Shown: piece by piece, positions 38,364-48,865 of the stretch
Position numbering within the stretch: position 1 is the first letter of the stretch
Layout of the letters: each line of letters starts with the position of its first letter
Assembly: GCA_965203355.1 (NCBI GenBank)
Contig: OZ241889.1
Span: forward strand, 3,136,001 to 3,200,000
Length of the DNA stretch: 64,000 nucleotides
Origin: Candidatus Latescibacterota bacterium
GTDB lineage: Bacteria; Latescibacterota; UBA2968; UBA8231
Direction of reading: 5' to 3'
Notes under the pieces: model-generated
Databases searched by the model: none
What the model was told of the DNA's origin: nothing
What the model saw: the letters and a program-made list of their open reading frames with translations, nothing else
Position numbers and translations under genes: made by a program

Positions 38364-40691
38364 CTAATAGACCACGTGGATGATGCGCTGACGCCGCTCG
38401 GTTGTAGCATCGGTCGCTAGTTTGGCGTCCAGAATGTACATACCGGGCGGCAACAATAGACCGCTCTCATCCAGCCCGTCCCACTCATAGCGCGTCTGCT
38501 CCACCTGTTCGGCGTTAGCGACTAGCGCACCACTCAAGTCGTAGATCGCGACCGTGGGTTGGGCCGTGGTTTTTACCACCAGCAGGCGTAGCTGCAATCT
38601 ATCGTTGATGCCGTCTCCATTGGGCGAGATCGCGGCCGCGGGCATCTCCAGGGCGCGGATGAGGTGCTTTTCCTGGGCGATCTCGGGCACGAACACGGTC
38701 AAAGCACCTAGGGCTTCTGGCTGAATCCCTTGGCGAATGTCGGGCTGCGTCGTAGTGCTGACCCAAGCGTCAAAAGCAGCCGCATCGGTCAGCAGGCGCA
38801 GCGGCAGCTCAACTTCGATGCGGTCCCCGCGGACCGGTTCGGGCAAGTCGATCGCGACCGCATCCCCGCTGGCCTCCACCTGCAAGGGCTCAACGCGGCG
38901 ATCCCCTATCCGCAACAACACCTCGCCTTCAAGGGCACTCGGCAAATCGAACGCGAGGCGGTTAAAACCCCGATCAGCCGGTCTAGCGCGACCGCTGAGG
39001 CGGAAGGTAAAAACCGTCAGCGAATCGAGGGCCGCCTCGCGCGGCGAGATGCTGGCGAAAACCCCGCCGCCGATGAGCGGATCGTCAAAGTCGAGGGCTA
39101 GCTCGCGCAGCGTCGGGGCGACCGCGGGATTTTCGGTCTGTAGGCGCACCTCCATTTGGACGAATCGCCGCGGCGTGGGCGAGCGGAAAACTTCCCCAGA
39201 TTCCTGGTAGGCCGAGCTCCACGCGCTCCAGTCGGCCCCCGCTTTCGGCACTATTACTTCGGGCAACTTCTGGCTAGCCGGCAGTTTGTCCCAACGTCCT
39301 TTGGGAACCTCGCGACCATTTTTGTCGTAATAGAATATCTCCTCGTCGAGCGTATTGCCGGTGCGCGTGCGAATTGCTAGGCGCGTCTCGGCTGTTGTGT
39401 CCGCCTCCCAGCGCAGCCGGCGCAGGCTTTTGGCCCCTTCCAGATCGATAAAATTCGAGGTCATTGCCACCTCGGCTGGATGGCCGGCCCCGTAGAGGAA
39501 AATCTCGAACAAATGGAAAACGGTTTGCCTGTTGAGCGGAGATTCGTGGTGATAGAACAGATAGCGCACCTTGCGCGCGGGAAAGCGGAAATCAAAATTG
39601 CGGTTTCTCGTGCCCGCACTGCTCAGGGTTTCGTTATCGACGAAGCTGAGCAACTGGTAATCGACCGGACTCTGAAGCCGCTCTTCCCCTTGGGTGGGAA
39701 TCGGCGTTCCGTCTGAGGTCAAGAGTTCAAAACTGGACTGATTCCGGTACGAATTCACCCCCAGCGTGGCAAATCCCGGCGGCGGCTCCACCATCGTCAA
39801 TTGATCGATCCAGAAGGTGGCTCCCAGATCCCATTCAAACCAATCGCCTTTAGCGCGCCAGTCGAGGTCGCCCCGCGAAGTCAAGGTCCACCACGTGGCC
39901 GCCGTTCCGTCCATGATGTTGGCGATAGTGCGCGGGTCGCGTCCAGTCCGTATGGCGCCGCCCCGCTCGATAGTCCCCGGGGCCATGTTGTCGCCTATGG
40001 CCTCGACCGCGACCGCAGCCAGTGCCGCATCCAGACTTTTAGCGTGCGCGACGACGCGCACGTACTGGATGGACCGATACGCCAAGGTATCGCTGGTCGC
40101 CAAATACGCGCCGGTGGCGTTGCCCAATTCCGGCGTCGCCAGGTCGTACTCTACCACCGTCTCCCGGCTGGGCTGGGTCGTGCCGCCCACTCGATCGTAG
40201 CGGAAAACGTCCTCGCCGGTGAGAAAAGACGTTCCCTCGGTGACGAAAACGGAAAACTCGCGCAAAGGCCGCGCCCCCTCGGTATCGGGAAAGATCAGTC
40301 GGATCTTTTTAGCTTGGACGAGGCGCCCCAAATCGACTTCGATCCACCAATCGTCGAGTGGGGCCGCTTGGCTGGGTTGCCACCAAGTAGTGGCCGCGCC
40401 ATCGAGAATGTGGGGGGCTTGGTCCAGGTGGGTACCCGCACCGCGAATTCCTCCCTGCACCAATTGCCCCTTGGCATTTGGATGGAAGAATTCGGCCGCG
40501 TTGGCAACGGCATCTATATCGCGGCGAAAACGCCTCAGCCCCACGCTGCCATCGGCCGCCAGCGCTAGCACCCCTTGGGGAAAAGCCCATTGCCGCCACT
40601 GGTCTTGGCTGTTTATAAGCAGCGTTCCAGCCTCTATTTCCCCGCCGGGGAAAAGCACCAACAGCGTCAACCAGTACGTCCGTGGCAACAT
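38364..40691 (-). CDS. exported protein with discoidin-like domains and C-terminal FlgD-Ig (SPNGDGIND-type) domain
   Basis: Signal peptide; ILDG...TWW, WIEVDLG and WFEWDLG motifs; tail SPNGDGIND...WDGLD...PPGMY. Confidence 0.7.
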   Translation of the reverse strand: MLPRTYWLTLLVLFPGGEIEAGTLLINSQDQWRQWAFPQGVLALAADGSVGLRRFRRDIDAVANAAEFFHPNAKGQLVQGGIRGAGTHLDQAPHILDGAATTWWQPSQAAPLDDWWIEVDLGRLVQAKKIRLIFPDTEGARPLREFSVFVTEGTSFLTGEDVFRYDRVGGTTQPSRETVVEYDLATPELGNATGAYLATSDTLAYRSIQYVRVVAHAKSLDAALAAVAVEAIGDNMAPGTIERGGAIRTGRDPRTIANIMDGTAATWWTLTSRGDLDWRAKGDWFEWDLGATFWIDQLTMVEPPPGFATLGVNSYRNQSSFELLTSDGTPIPTQGEERLQSPVDYQLLSFVDNETLSSAGTRNRNFDFRFPARKVRYLFYHHESPLNRQTVFHLFEIFLYGAGHPAEVAMTSNFIDLEGAKSLRRLRWEADTTAETRLAIRTRTGNTLDEEIFYYDKNGREVPKGRWDKLPASQKLPEVIVPKAGADWSAWSSAYQESGEVFRSPTPRRFVQMEVRLQTENPAVAPTLRELALDFDDPLIGGGVFASISPREAALDSLTVFTFRLSGRARPADRGFNRLAFDLPSALEGEVLLRIGDRRVEPLQVEASGDAVAIDLPEPVRGDRIEVELPLRLLTDAAAFDAWVSTTTQPDIRQGIQPEALGALTVFVPEIAQEKHLIRALEMPAAAISPNGDGINDRLQLRLLVVKTTAQPTVAIYDLSGALVANAEQVEQTRYEWDGLDESGLLLPPGMYILDAKLATDATTERRQRIIHVVY

Positions 40692-40706
40692 GCTATCCTC
40701 GAATGC

Positions 40707-42719
40707 TCAATACGCTACCGACACTGCGTGCAATTGCGCTGCTTTTTCCCTATCGGCATCTACCTTTATGTGCAGGAGGTAGATGCCCGGCGGGACCAAC
40801 GCCCCTTGGTCGTCGCGCCCATCCCATTGCTCGGTGTAAAAACCCTTGTTGAACTTCCCGCGCACCAAGGCCCTGACCCGCTGGCCTGTAAGGGTATAGA
40901 CTCCGATCTCAGTGGCGGTATCTTCCACGCCCAGCAGCGTAAACGCCATGTTGAGCTCGTCGTTGATGCGGTCGCCGTTGGGCGTCAAAAACCGCGAATC
41001 CAACGCAATCGCGGAAAGCACTTCTAGGGCGGTCCCGGTGGCAAAGACGCGGATGTCGTCGCTCTGAAGTGCTGCACTCGCGTCGCCCGGATCAATCGAC
41101 TGGGGCAAGTTTTCTCCCGTCAATTCCAACACCTCGCCGAGAAAGTAGGTAGTAAAATCCAACAAGGCCGTGCGAAAGGTCAGCCGCAGATGTTCCTCGC
41201 CATCAGCGCGCACGACCTTATGCGCGGGAAAATACACGGCTAAAACCCCGGCGGCGAAGCGGACGCTGTCCGGGATTACTTCCGCGCGCGGCTGGCCAAT
41301 CTCCAGCTTGACGAATTCGGCTTTAGCTCCAGTATTGAGTTTGATCGCATCAAAACCGAGCTGACCGTCGGTGCCAAAACTAGCCAAGACATCGTAGACA
41401 AATGTCGTTTCTTGGCCGGCCGGCACTTCGGGCACCCGGCCTCCGCCCCCAGCCAACCCCACCTCGCCAACGAGGGATTCCACGAGGAGCGGCGAGTATT
41501 CAATCGCCACGGATTTCACCCGACCGAAAGTGTGGAAATCCTCAGCCGCCATGTTAAACTGAAGCTGCATGTAACGCCGTGCATCCGGCGAACGGAGCAA
41601 CTGGCCGGAAAGATCGTAGGGCGTCGACCAAGAACTCCAGTTTTGCTCGTCGAGCTTGATCGACGATTTGTCGCCGGGGCGATCGCCCTCGACAAAGGGC
41701 GATTGCTCCAGGGCCTTGTTGTAAATCGCTTCCGCTACTTGCCGTTCCGCCCCCATGTCGCTGATGATGTAGTACGCCTTGGGGGTATCGTCCTTGCCGG
41801 TGCGCGTTTCCAACACCAAGCTAACAGGCGCGTCTGGAGCCGGCAGGGGCTCTGGTGCGCCCGGGGTTTTGCGAAACTTTTCAAACTGCCAAAAAATGCG
41901 CCCAAAATTCACCGGTGTTCCCAAGTCGATAACCGCTGTGCGATAACTGGTCTCTGGCGCAAATCCCTCGCCGTACACTTCAATCTCGCTCAGCATGTAC
42001 ACCTGTGCGATCAGATTGAAGGCGATGCGCAAAAAACGCAGCGTCTGCGTGGGAAAGCGGACATCTATAACGCGGTCGGAGTTGACAAAGGTGCGCGATA
42101 GTACCTGCGCTAGGGTGTGCGGCCGGTCTTCTTCGCTGAGCAGGAGAAAATCCACCGGGTCTCTGGCACCCGACATTTCATACGCCCGGGGGAAGCGCTG
42201 CTTTCTCAAGCCTCCGCCTTCGTCCAGTCCGGTCGCCGGCGGATAGAATACCACGCGGTTTATGGGAATGGGAAACGCAAAGTCAAACGTATATATATCT
42301 TCCCGGCGACCCCCACCCACTACAGACCAGCGCAGCTTGGTCACCGTAGCGAGATCCCCGTCGATGACCTGAAAAGGGGCCGTGTGGTAGAGCGGCAGAA
42401 TACTGGTCCAGAAACGAGGCGTTACCCCCAGTTCAAAATCGTCCCTTTTGGGTTGCTTGCCTAGCTGCCAAGTGCTACCCAGAATCGTGGTATATTCGCC
42501 GCTTTCCGTGCGGGGACCGGCGATGATATTCTGCTGCGGCAAGAGCTCAAGGGGCTGTAGGCCCTCATCGACGGAGACCATCTCCAAGCCGACGACTCGC
42601 TCACCCAGTTCGTCCCATGGGACCCCGCCCGGTCCGAGGACCAAGGTGTGGACCTCGGCCCGCAGCGGCTCGATACCGCCCAACAACACCGCCGCAACGG
42701 CAATGAAAGTACTTTTCAT
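40707..42719 (-). CDS. exported protein with discoidin-like domain and C-terminal FlgD-Ig domain (paralog)
   Basis: IDGD..T, SEIEVYGEGF, TRTG.DDTP and WSSWS motifs; tail TPNGDRIND...WDGRD...PPGIY...VSVAY. Confidence 0.7.
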   Translation of the reverse strand: MKSTFIAVAAVLLGGIEPLRAEVHTLVLGPGGVPWDELGERVVGLEMVSVDEGLQPLELLPQQNIIAGPRTESGEYTTILGSTWQLGKQPKRDDFELGVTPRFWTSILPLYHTAPFQVIDGDLATVTKLRWSVVGGGRREDIYTFDFAFPIPINRVVFYPPATGLDEGGGLRKQRFPRAYEMSGARDPVDFLLLSEEDRPHTLAQVLSRTFVNSDRVIDVRFPTQTLRFLRIAFNLIAQVYMLSEIEVYGEGFAPETSYRTAVIDLGTPVNFGRIFWQFEKFRKTPGAPEPLPAPDAPVSLVLETRTGKDDTPKAYYIISDMGAERQVAEAIYNKALEQSPFVEGDRPGDKSSIKLDEQNWSSWSTPYDLSGQLLRSPDARRYMQLQFNMAAEDFHTFGRVKSVAIEYSPLLVESLVGEVGLAGGGGRVPEVPAGQETTFVYDVLASFGTDGQLGFDAIKLNTGAKAEFVKLEIGQPRAEVIPDSVRFAAGVLAVYFPAHKVVRADGEEHLRLTFRTALLDFTTYFLGEVLELTGENLPQSIDPGDASAALQSDDIRVFATGTALEVLSAIALDSRFLTPNGDRINDELNMAFTLLGVEDTATEIGVYTLTGQRVRALVRGKFNKGFYTEQWDGRDDQGALVPPGIYLLHIKVDADREKAAQLHAVSVAY

Positions 42720-42909
42720 TCGTCCAAACCTTTGGGCGCGGTGAATCCGCGAGTGCGTAGCTTATGTTGAGATGTAGGCGACAGAATATACGGCAGCACA
42801 ACGGTGCTATAAACCCTCGCGCTCAAGGGAAATCACTTGTCGCGGTTCATGTTCTGCCCTAGAATAAATTTTTATGCTAATGGCTGCCCCAGACTAGCGA
42901 TAACACACC

Positions 42910-44466
42910 ATGCCTAACGCCACCCACGCCCTGCTGCTTCCCAACCAAGTTGACGAGACCCTCGCCACGCACTTTGCCGAACTCGGCGTTGGCACAATCG
43001 CCGCCTACAAGCTCTGGTGTCATCGGCACGGCCGGAGCACGGCGTTGGACAAAACGCCGCAAGAGCGGGCCGAGGAGCGGGCGCTTTTCGCCGCGTTGCA
43101 GCCCTCAGTAGATCCAGCCGCGAGCAAGGAACACGACCCGCGCCGCGCCGCGCTGATTGGCCGGCTATTCAACGGCGAGCTAGCAGGCGAAAAGCTCAAC
43201 GACCTACTCTCGCGGCTCCGCGTTGAACGCAACGCGCTGGCCAGCGACCCAGCCGCCCAAAAGGCCCTAGGGCAACTCGTGCTGCACGTTGAAAAATACG
43301 GCCACTTGCTGCGGCCCATGCCCGTGCTCAAACGCCTCGGGGCCAACCGCGCCAACACCTATATCGCCGCCTTGGGGCAACTAGCGCGGCATCACCGCGA
43401 CTGGTTGCGGCCCGTGGCGGCGTGGCGGCCCGACACGGCGAAAGAGCGGCCGCAGTTCCAGTCGCTAGCGCGGCACCTGCTCGCCCGCTACGAGGTTCCC
43501 GCCCCCATGGACACCGCTTGGCTCCAAGGGCATACCGAGGAAGCCCATCAGCATCAGGAGTGGTTCAAGCACGTAGCCGGGGGGCAAAACCTGCGCACCG
43601 CCGGGGTGCCGATGCAGGTCACCAAACGCATGGCGCATATCTTCATGCAGATAAAGCATCCGCATCATACGCTGCTTCAGGCGCTGCGCATGGCCCAAGT
43701 GGAGGCCCTCGGCGGCGACACCCATGCCGCTTGGTACGCAGCGGCCACGCCGCTGGGCGACTCGTTGGAAAACGAGGACTTCTGGATCTCGGTCGTCCAC
43801 TTCTACGTCAACAACCACCCCATGCTACACCGCAGCTATTTCCTGCCGGTCTACGACTACATCCGCCATCAGAAGTACCTGCCCCAGCAGATCACCCAGC
43901 CCGACGGCACCCAAATCGCCGGGCCACCGCCGCAGCCCAACTTCTGCATGAAGGGTCGCAGTGCGGCCAAGCTGCTCAACCAAGTTGATGAATGGCACGA
44001 GACGTTGTCGGGCGCCGAAGACGTGCCGCTCAAGACGTGGGCGGCCACGGGTTTGGCTGGTTTCCATCTCGAAGAATACGACGCGCAGCTTAGGTGTAAC
44101 CTCGTCTGGACCATCTACGAACTCTGCACCTCACAACAGCTCCAAGCCGAAGGCCGCATCATGGGCCACTGCGTCTTTTCTTACACCCAGCGCTGCCTTG
44201 CTGGCGACATCTCGATCTGGTCGCTGCGGGCGCTCAACGCCGACGCCGAAGAGGCCCTCGAAAAGCGCGTCCTCACCATCGCCGTTGACAACCGCCAGCG
44301 GGCCGTCACCCAAGCCCGAGGCAAGTTCAACATGGCGCTCAATCAGCGGGAGCGGCTCGAAAAGAGACGCCTAGCGGGGTCCACATACGTGCATTTGTTG
44401 CGCGAGTCAGCGCGAATTTTGCGCTCGTGGAGCGATAGAGCGGGGTTAATCAATAAAAGCACGTAG
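42910..44466 (+). CDS. PcfJ-like domain protein
   Basis: C-terminal WTIYEL...L.AEG..MGHCV.SY...SIWSL...LTIAV...Q.RG pattern. Confidence 0.75.
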   Translation: MPNATHALLLPNQVDETLATHFAELGVGTIAAYKLWCHRHGRSTALDKTPQERAEERALFAALQPSVDPAASKEHDPRRAALIGRLFNGELAGEKLNDLLSRLRVERNALASDPAAQKALGQLVLHVEKYGHLLRPMPVLKRLGANRANTYIAALGQLARHHRDWLRPVAAWRPDTAKERPQFQSLARHLLARYEVPAPMDTAWLQGHTEEAHQHQEWFKHVAGGQNLRTAGVPMQVTKRMAHIFMQIKHPHHTLLQALRMAQVEALGGDTHAAWYAAATPLGDSLENEDFWISVVHFYVNNHPMLHRSYFLPVYDYIRHQKYLPQQITQPDGTQIAGPPPQPNFCMKGRSAAKLLNQVDEWHETLSGAEDVPLKTWAATGLAGFHLEEYDAQLRCNLVWTIYELCTSQQLQAEGRIMGHCVFSYTQRCLAGDISIWSLRALNADAEEALEKRVLTIAVDNRQRAVTQARGKFNMALNQRERLEKRRLAGSTYVHLLRESARILRSWSDRAGLINKST

Positions 44467-44472
44467 CTACAT

Positions 44473-44862
44473 TTACAATTTGAAGAGAAGCGTACCCATC
44501 ATCGACAGCCAAGTAGTAATAACCAAGCCGATAACCAAGTTAAATTTGCCGTTGAACTCGCGGCGTAGTTCGCGTATTTCGACCTCAATCTTGCCTTCCA
44601 TTTTGCCATCGAGCGCGTCAATCTTGCCCGCAAATTCGCGAGCGAGCGCGTCGAACTTGTCTTCCATTTTGCTATCGAGCGCGTCGAGCTGGCCCGCAAA
44701 TTCGCGAGCGAGCGCGTCAATCTCGCCGGCGACTTTGCTATCGAGCGCGTCGATCTTGGCATTGTTTTCGCGCACATCCATCTCGATCAGACTCAGGCGA
44801 TGGTCGATCTGCTGCAAAACATCGCGGGTGGTGAACTCGGGCGAGGATTGTGGGGTAGACAT
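44473..44862 (-). CDS. small coiled-coil protein with 11-aa repeats and C-terminal membrane anchor (DUF1640/CCDC90-like)
   Basis: Five IDAL-containing 11-residue units (33-bp repeats at ~44594-44758) followed by LVIGLVITTWLSMMGTLLF. Confidence 0.75.
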   Translation of the reverse strand: MSTPQSSPEFTTRDVLQQIDHRLSLIEMDVRENNAKIDALDSKVAGEIDALAREFAGQLDALDSKMEDKFDALAREFAGKIDALDGKMEGKIEVEIRELRREFNGKFNLVIGLVITTWLSMMGTLLFKL

Positions 44863-45066
44863 GGTGGGATCCTTTCGCATTGGGTTAAAGATAATCGGCT
44901 ACCTAGCGTATGCAAAATGCAGGCCAAGCCGTTTTAAGCTGAATAATGGTGCTTTGTCGGCGATACGGTGTAGCATGATCGAAACAGACCTGTTGCGATT
45001 CTGCCACGGTCAGGGGGGCGACCTTTTCTATTCGCAGCGATCCGATGTGAGCCATTTGACTGAAGG

Positions 45067-46983
45067 TTAATAGGCCACACCGAGCGTCCTAACCAACACC
45101 TCTTCCCCGGATTCGGTCTCAGCCGCAATACGCGCGATGTAAGCCCCTGGCGACACCAACTCACCGGTCGCATCGCGGCCATCCCAAGTGTGCTCGTAGG
45201 CTCCGGCCGACAAGGCGTCGAAAAATAGCTGGCGCACCCGGCGTCCAGCCAAATCGTATATGCCGAGCGAACAATCCACTTCTCGCACTAGGCGTAGTAC
45301 TTGGAACGCAATGCGACTCTCTTCGTTGACGCCATCTCCATTGGGCGTACACACCGCCGGTACAATCTGCATCGCCGATAAAATCCCCCCTCCGGCGGCG
45401 TTAGAGAAAAAGACCCGATTGGTGTTGGTGCCCACACTCGGACTAGCATCGCCGGCCGCGACCGGCTGGGGCAAACGGCCCCCAGAGTCAATTAGGTGGC
45501 TCACCAAATCAGTGGCATAGACCAGAATAGCCGTGCGAAAGGTAACGCGCAGCGGCTGATTGTTGCTCGGCGTGACCCGGTTCGATGGAAAGTACAGCCT
45601 CAGCCCCTGTGCATCCGCGGACACGCTGTCGGGCGTCACTTCGACGAGCGGCGTGCCCCGCTCGAACTTGAGCAACGTCGGTTCGGTCGGGGTCGCAATG
45701 TGCAAACCATCGAACCCAACCTGCGCGTCGCTGCCAAACTCCGCCCGGATGTCGTAGGTAAAAAGGGTATCGCGACCGGCTGGCACTGCGACGATACCGC
45801 TTGGGGGAAATGGGTCTGCGACAACAGCTATCTCGCCGACGGCGCGGTCCGCGAGCGGCAGCGAATAGCTGATAGCCAGGCTCTCTATCTGAACGAGGTC
45901 GGTAGAAGTGCCGCGAAAAAAGAGCTGGAAATCAAAATACTTCCTTGGGCCGGGCAGTTCGAGGGGATAGATAAAAGTCCCGGTCGAATCAATGCGGATC
46001 GGATTCTTCCAAGTCCAGTTTTCGGCATCGTCGAGGATGGAACCGCGAAAATCTTCCGCCAGCTTGGCATAGGCGTCGGCCGTTGTGGGCTGTTCTGAGC
46101 CGGTTTCGCGATCGACGATTGCAAAATGGACCAAAGGGGTCTCGTCAGCGCCGTTGCGCAAGGTCAGGTCCACAAACGCGGCCGCCGCCGGGGTCGGCAA
46201 TAGCACACCGTCCGGCTGTCGGCGCAACTTGGTGGCTTTGATCGAGAGCGTACCGAGCAGTGCGGCCGTGGGCAGTTCAATGAGCTTGGAATGGTACGTG
46301 CCCACGGGCACGAACCCGGCACCAAAGGCTTGGATTTCCGCTATTTCAAACGGATTGGGCGACAGGACGCGCAGCCGGATAAAGCGAATTAGCTGCACTG
46401 GAAAGTCGATTATCGTCCTCGGCTCGGGCTGCAAGTCAACGCGCTTTAAGACTTGATAGCGCGGCTCTCCTTGCTGGGTATAGTCGCGCCCATCGCTTAC
46501 GGAAAGTTCAAAAGCCCTGGGGAAGGCGTCGGGAAAGGAGGGGCGCGGGAAGTAGATCAGGCGATTGACCGGAAAGGAAACCCCCAAGTCTAAAAAAAAG
46601 ATGCGTCCAGTCTGATCGGTCCCCAGCCCTTTGAAGCGGTCGCCGGAGGAAGTCTGCTCATCGCCATCGACCAAGGCAGCGGCCGAGCCTTCGATCGCGG
46701 CATTGTCCCAGATGTGGGCGCGGCCTTCGGCGACAAAGTCCAACGTGGGTGCGTCGCTCCAATCGAGCGAGCCGAGGATGTTGTCGGTTGCGACCAAGCC
46801 GATGGGATGGATCAGAGCCGGATCTTGCAAATCTACTCCTCCGACCACCGCGGCCTGGGAACCCCAAGCAAGCCCGTCCTCCCCAACCCTATAGCTTTCG
46901 ACCTGTGCTGCAAGCGGCACGCTCAGCCAACAGACCCCCCACAAAGTGAGCCCGCTCGCCAGCCGTCTCATTCCGGCACCCAC
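45067..46983 (-). CDS. exported protein with discoidin-like domain and C-terminal FlgD-Ig domain (paralog)
   Basis: LVDGD, LDLG and EIAEIQAFG.GF motifs; tail TPNGDGVNE...WDGRD...PGAY...LGVAY. The start may be 46971. Confidence 0.7.
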   Translation of the reverse strand: MGAGMRRLASGLTLWGVCWLSVPLAAQVESYRVGEDGLAWGSQAAVVGGVDLQDPALIHPIGLVATDNILGSLDWSDAPTLDFVAEGRAHIWDNAAIEGSAAALVDGDEQTSSGDRFKGLGTDQTGRIFFLDLGVSFPVNRLIYFPRPSFPDAFPRAFELSVSDGRDYTQQGEPRYQVLKRVDLQPEPRTIIDFPVQLIRFIRLRVLSPNPFEIAEIQAFGAGFVPVGTYHSKLIELPTAALLGTLSIKATKLRRQPDGVLLPTPAAAAFVDLTLRNGADETPLVHFAIVDRETGSEQPTTADAYAKLAEDFRGSILDDAENWTWKNPIRIDSTGTFIYPLELPGPRKYFDFQLFFRGTSTDLVQIESLAISYSLPLADRAVGEIAVVADPFPPSGIVAVPAGRDTLFTYDIRAEFGSDAQVGFDGLHIATPTEPTLLKFERGTPLVEVTPDSVSADAQGLRLYFPSNRVTPSNNQPLRVTFRTAILVYATDLVSHLIDSGGRLPQPVAAGDASPSVGTNTNRVFFSNAAGGGILSAMQIVPAVCTPNGDGVNEESRIAFQVLRLVREVDCSLGIYDLAGRRVRQLFFDALSAGAYEHTWDGRDATGELVSPGAYIARIAAETESGEEVLVRTLGVAY

Positions 46984-47681
46984 TGATACCCCCTGAAAAC
47001 CTCGCGCTGGAAGCGATACGCCAGTGCTATGGTCTCGATGGGTTGCTGCCTGAAGTCGAAGCGAATCGCCACGTCGCTGAGGTGAACGGTGAACGCATTG
47101 ATATCGTGAGGTAAGGCGGGAAACACCACATACCCCTCGACTTCTTGGCCGCTGAAAACGGCTTCGTCTGGATACATCGTGCGGGTCAGAATCTCCCGGC
47201 GCTCTTGGAAGACGCTGTAGGCATTACCCGCATATCCGGGGATCATAGAAGCATAGAATTCGAGAATATCCCTTCTGTTGAGCGGATCGTACTCGCGGCC
47301 AGCCTGTTGGGAGACGAGCGTTATGCGAGCGGGGTCCAGATGCACCTTGGGATATTCGTAGTTTTTCACCTGAACCGAAAAGACGGTGTACTTGGGTGGC
47401 GTGTAGGTATCGCCCAGCGGCTTCCAGTTGCCAAAGGTATATGGATTCTTGGAGTTGGCACCCGCCATTGAGTAGTCGGCGAATTGACGGTTCAGCTCTT
47501 CGTCCGTCATGGGACGCAGGGAAATTTCGAGGCGGTTAAAAACGGCCACAATGGTCCCGTCGTCCTCAACCGAAGCATAGGCTTCTTGGCTTTTTTCGGG
47601 TGCGGGTTGGATCGGCCCGGGGAAATAGCGACCACAACCGACCAGCACCAGCAGCACCAAGCCCCCCAAGTATGGACTCAT
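46968..47681 (-). CDS. hypothetical lipoprotein
   Basis: MSPYLGGLVLLVLVGC lipobox after GGGGAG; V.VKN and GYVVFP Ig-like strands. Confidence 0.7.
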   Translation of the reverse strand: MSPYLGGLVLLVLVGCGRYFPGPIQPAPEKSQEAYASVEDDGTIVAVFNRLEISLRPMTDEELNRQFADYSMAGANSKNPYTFGNWKPLGDTYTPPKYTVFSVQVKNYEYPKVHLDPARITLVSQQAGREYDPLNRRDILEFYASMIPGYAGNAYSVFQERREILTRTMYPDEAVFSGQEVEGYVVFPALPHDINAFTVHLSDVAIRFDFRQQPIETIALAYRFQREVFRGYQWVPE

Positions 47682-47777
47682 GGCAAAGCACTCCCCAACA
47701 TCCGACAAAACGCGCAAGCGGGGGAGTAGAGATAGGCCCATCTCCCCTCCCCCGCTGTGCAATAAAGTGGAGAAATT

Positions 47778-48686
47778 TTACTCGTCGAAAGTCGCCTTAA
47801 TTTTTCCCCAAGTGCTGCCTTCGACCGCCGTGCCAACATCGCTGCCCCGGGTGTACTCACCTACGGTCAATAGGGTAAAGTCAGAAGCGAAATCCTGGTC
47901 TCGATGCGCTCCGTTGACGTCCCCGGTGACCAACTGGTGCGTCCGGGCGGCCCCTTCGGCCGGAGTCGTATCGGCTTCGTTGAGCTGATAGGTGAGACCA
48001 ATGGTCATTCCCGGCTGCAAGACCACGCGCTCTGTAGAGGCCTCGTCGTTTTCTAGGTTGACCCACAGCGGCATGGCGAACTCATAGCCGAGGGTGACAT
48101 TGGTCGATCCATGCGTAGCACCAGGCGGGCTGAGGCCGACGTCGCTCTCAATGTAGGCCGTGGCCCACTGCTTGGCCGGATCGGCGTCTTTGCGCAACCA
48201 AGTCGTGCCGTTGCCGTAGGGCGTCGAATACCCACCGGGCACCTGCACGTGCATGGTCCACTGCTGCGCGTTCACTTGATTCGGATCGCGGTACGGACCC
48301 CCGCTGTGGTCGCCATCGGTAATGATTTCGAGATCGTCCTCATACCATCCATTTTCCGGATCCGTTTCGGCCGCGTGCAGCGAATCGTCCGTCACTCGCA
48401 CAAAGCCATAGATGCGGTTGTCCGGGGCCTGCGTCCAAGCGGTCCTGATGGAAACATCGATATCGCTCTTGTCTGGAATCACCTGCTGTACGACCTCGCC
48501 CATTTCGTCGGGCGTGACGATGAAATTGGGATCGTACCACGCCCAATCTCCGTCCTCACCATCGGCGACGTACGTCACATCCGTCGGCCATTCCAAAGCG
48601 AAATACCCAAAACCATTGGCGTTGCTGTGCGCCAAGCACGCGCTCGCAGCCAATAGCAAAACGCCAAAAACAGCAAAAATTCTCAT
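47778..48686 (-). CDS. exported CBM9/DOMON-like protein with C-terminal TAVE.STWGKIK motif
   Basis: AGGAGG RBS and signal peptide; DG...DW, V.DD, DDLEI..DGDHSGG, YEF and NEAD motifs. Confidence 0.65.
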   Translation of the reverse strand: MRIFAVFGVLLLAASACLAHSNANGFGYFALEWPTDVTYVADGEDGDWAWYDPNFIVTPDEMGEVVQQVIPDKSDIDVSIRTAWTQAPDNRIYGFVRVTDDSLHAAETDPENGWYEDDLEIITDGDHSGGPYRDPNQVNAQQWTMHVQVPGGYSTPYGNGTTWLRKDADPAKQWATAYIESDVGLSPPGATHGSTNVTLGYEFAMPLWVNLENDEASTERVVLQPGMTIGLTYQLNEADTTPAEGAARTHQLVTGDVNGAHRDQDFASDFTLLTVGEYTRGSDVGTAVEGSTWGKIKATFDE

Positions 48687-48865
48687 GGTGATCCTCCTTT
48701 TAGAGAGTAGGTTGGCTGTTTTATCCGTCCGATACGCTCTTTCTACCAAGCTAAAACCTCCTTTTTGACGAGTTATAACCTGCGCCCTTTTGCCCGTTCA
48801 AGGTATTTAATAGCATAGTGAATGAGCACAGTGAATGTCAACTTTACGACGATTGGTACAACACC

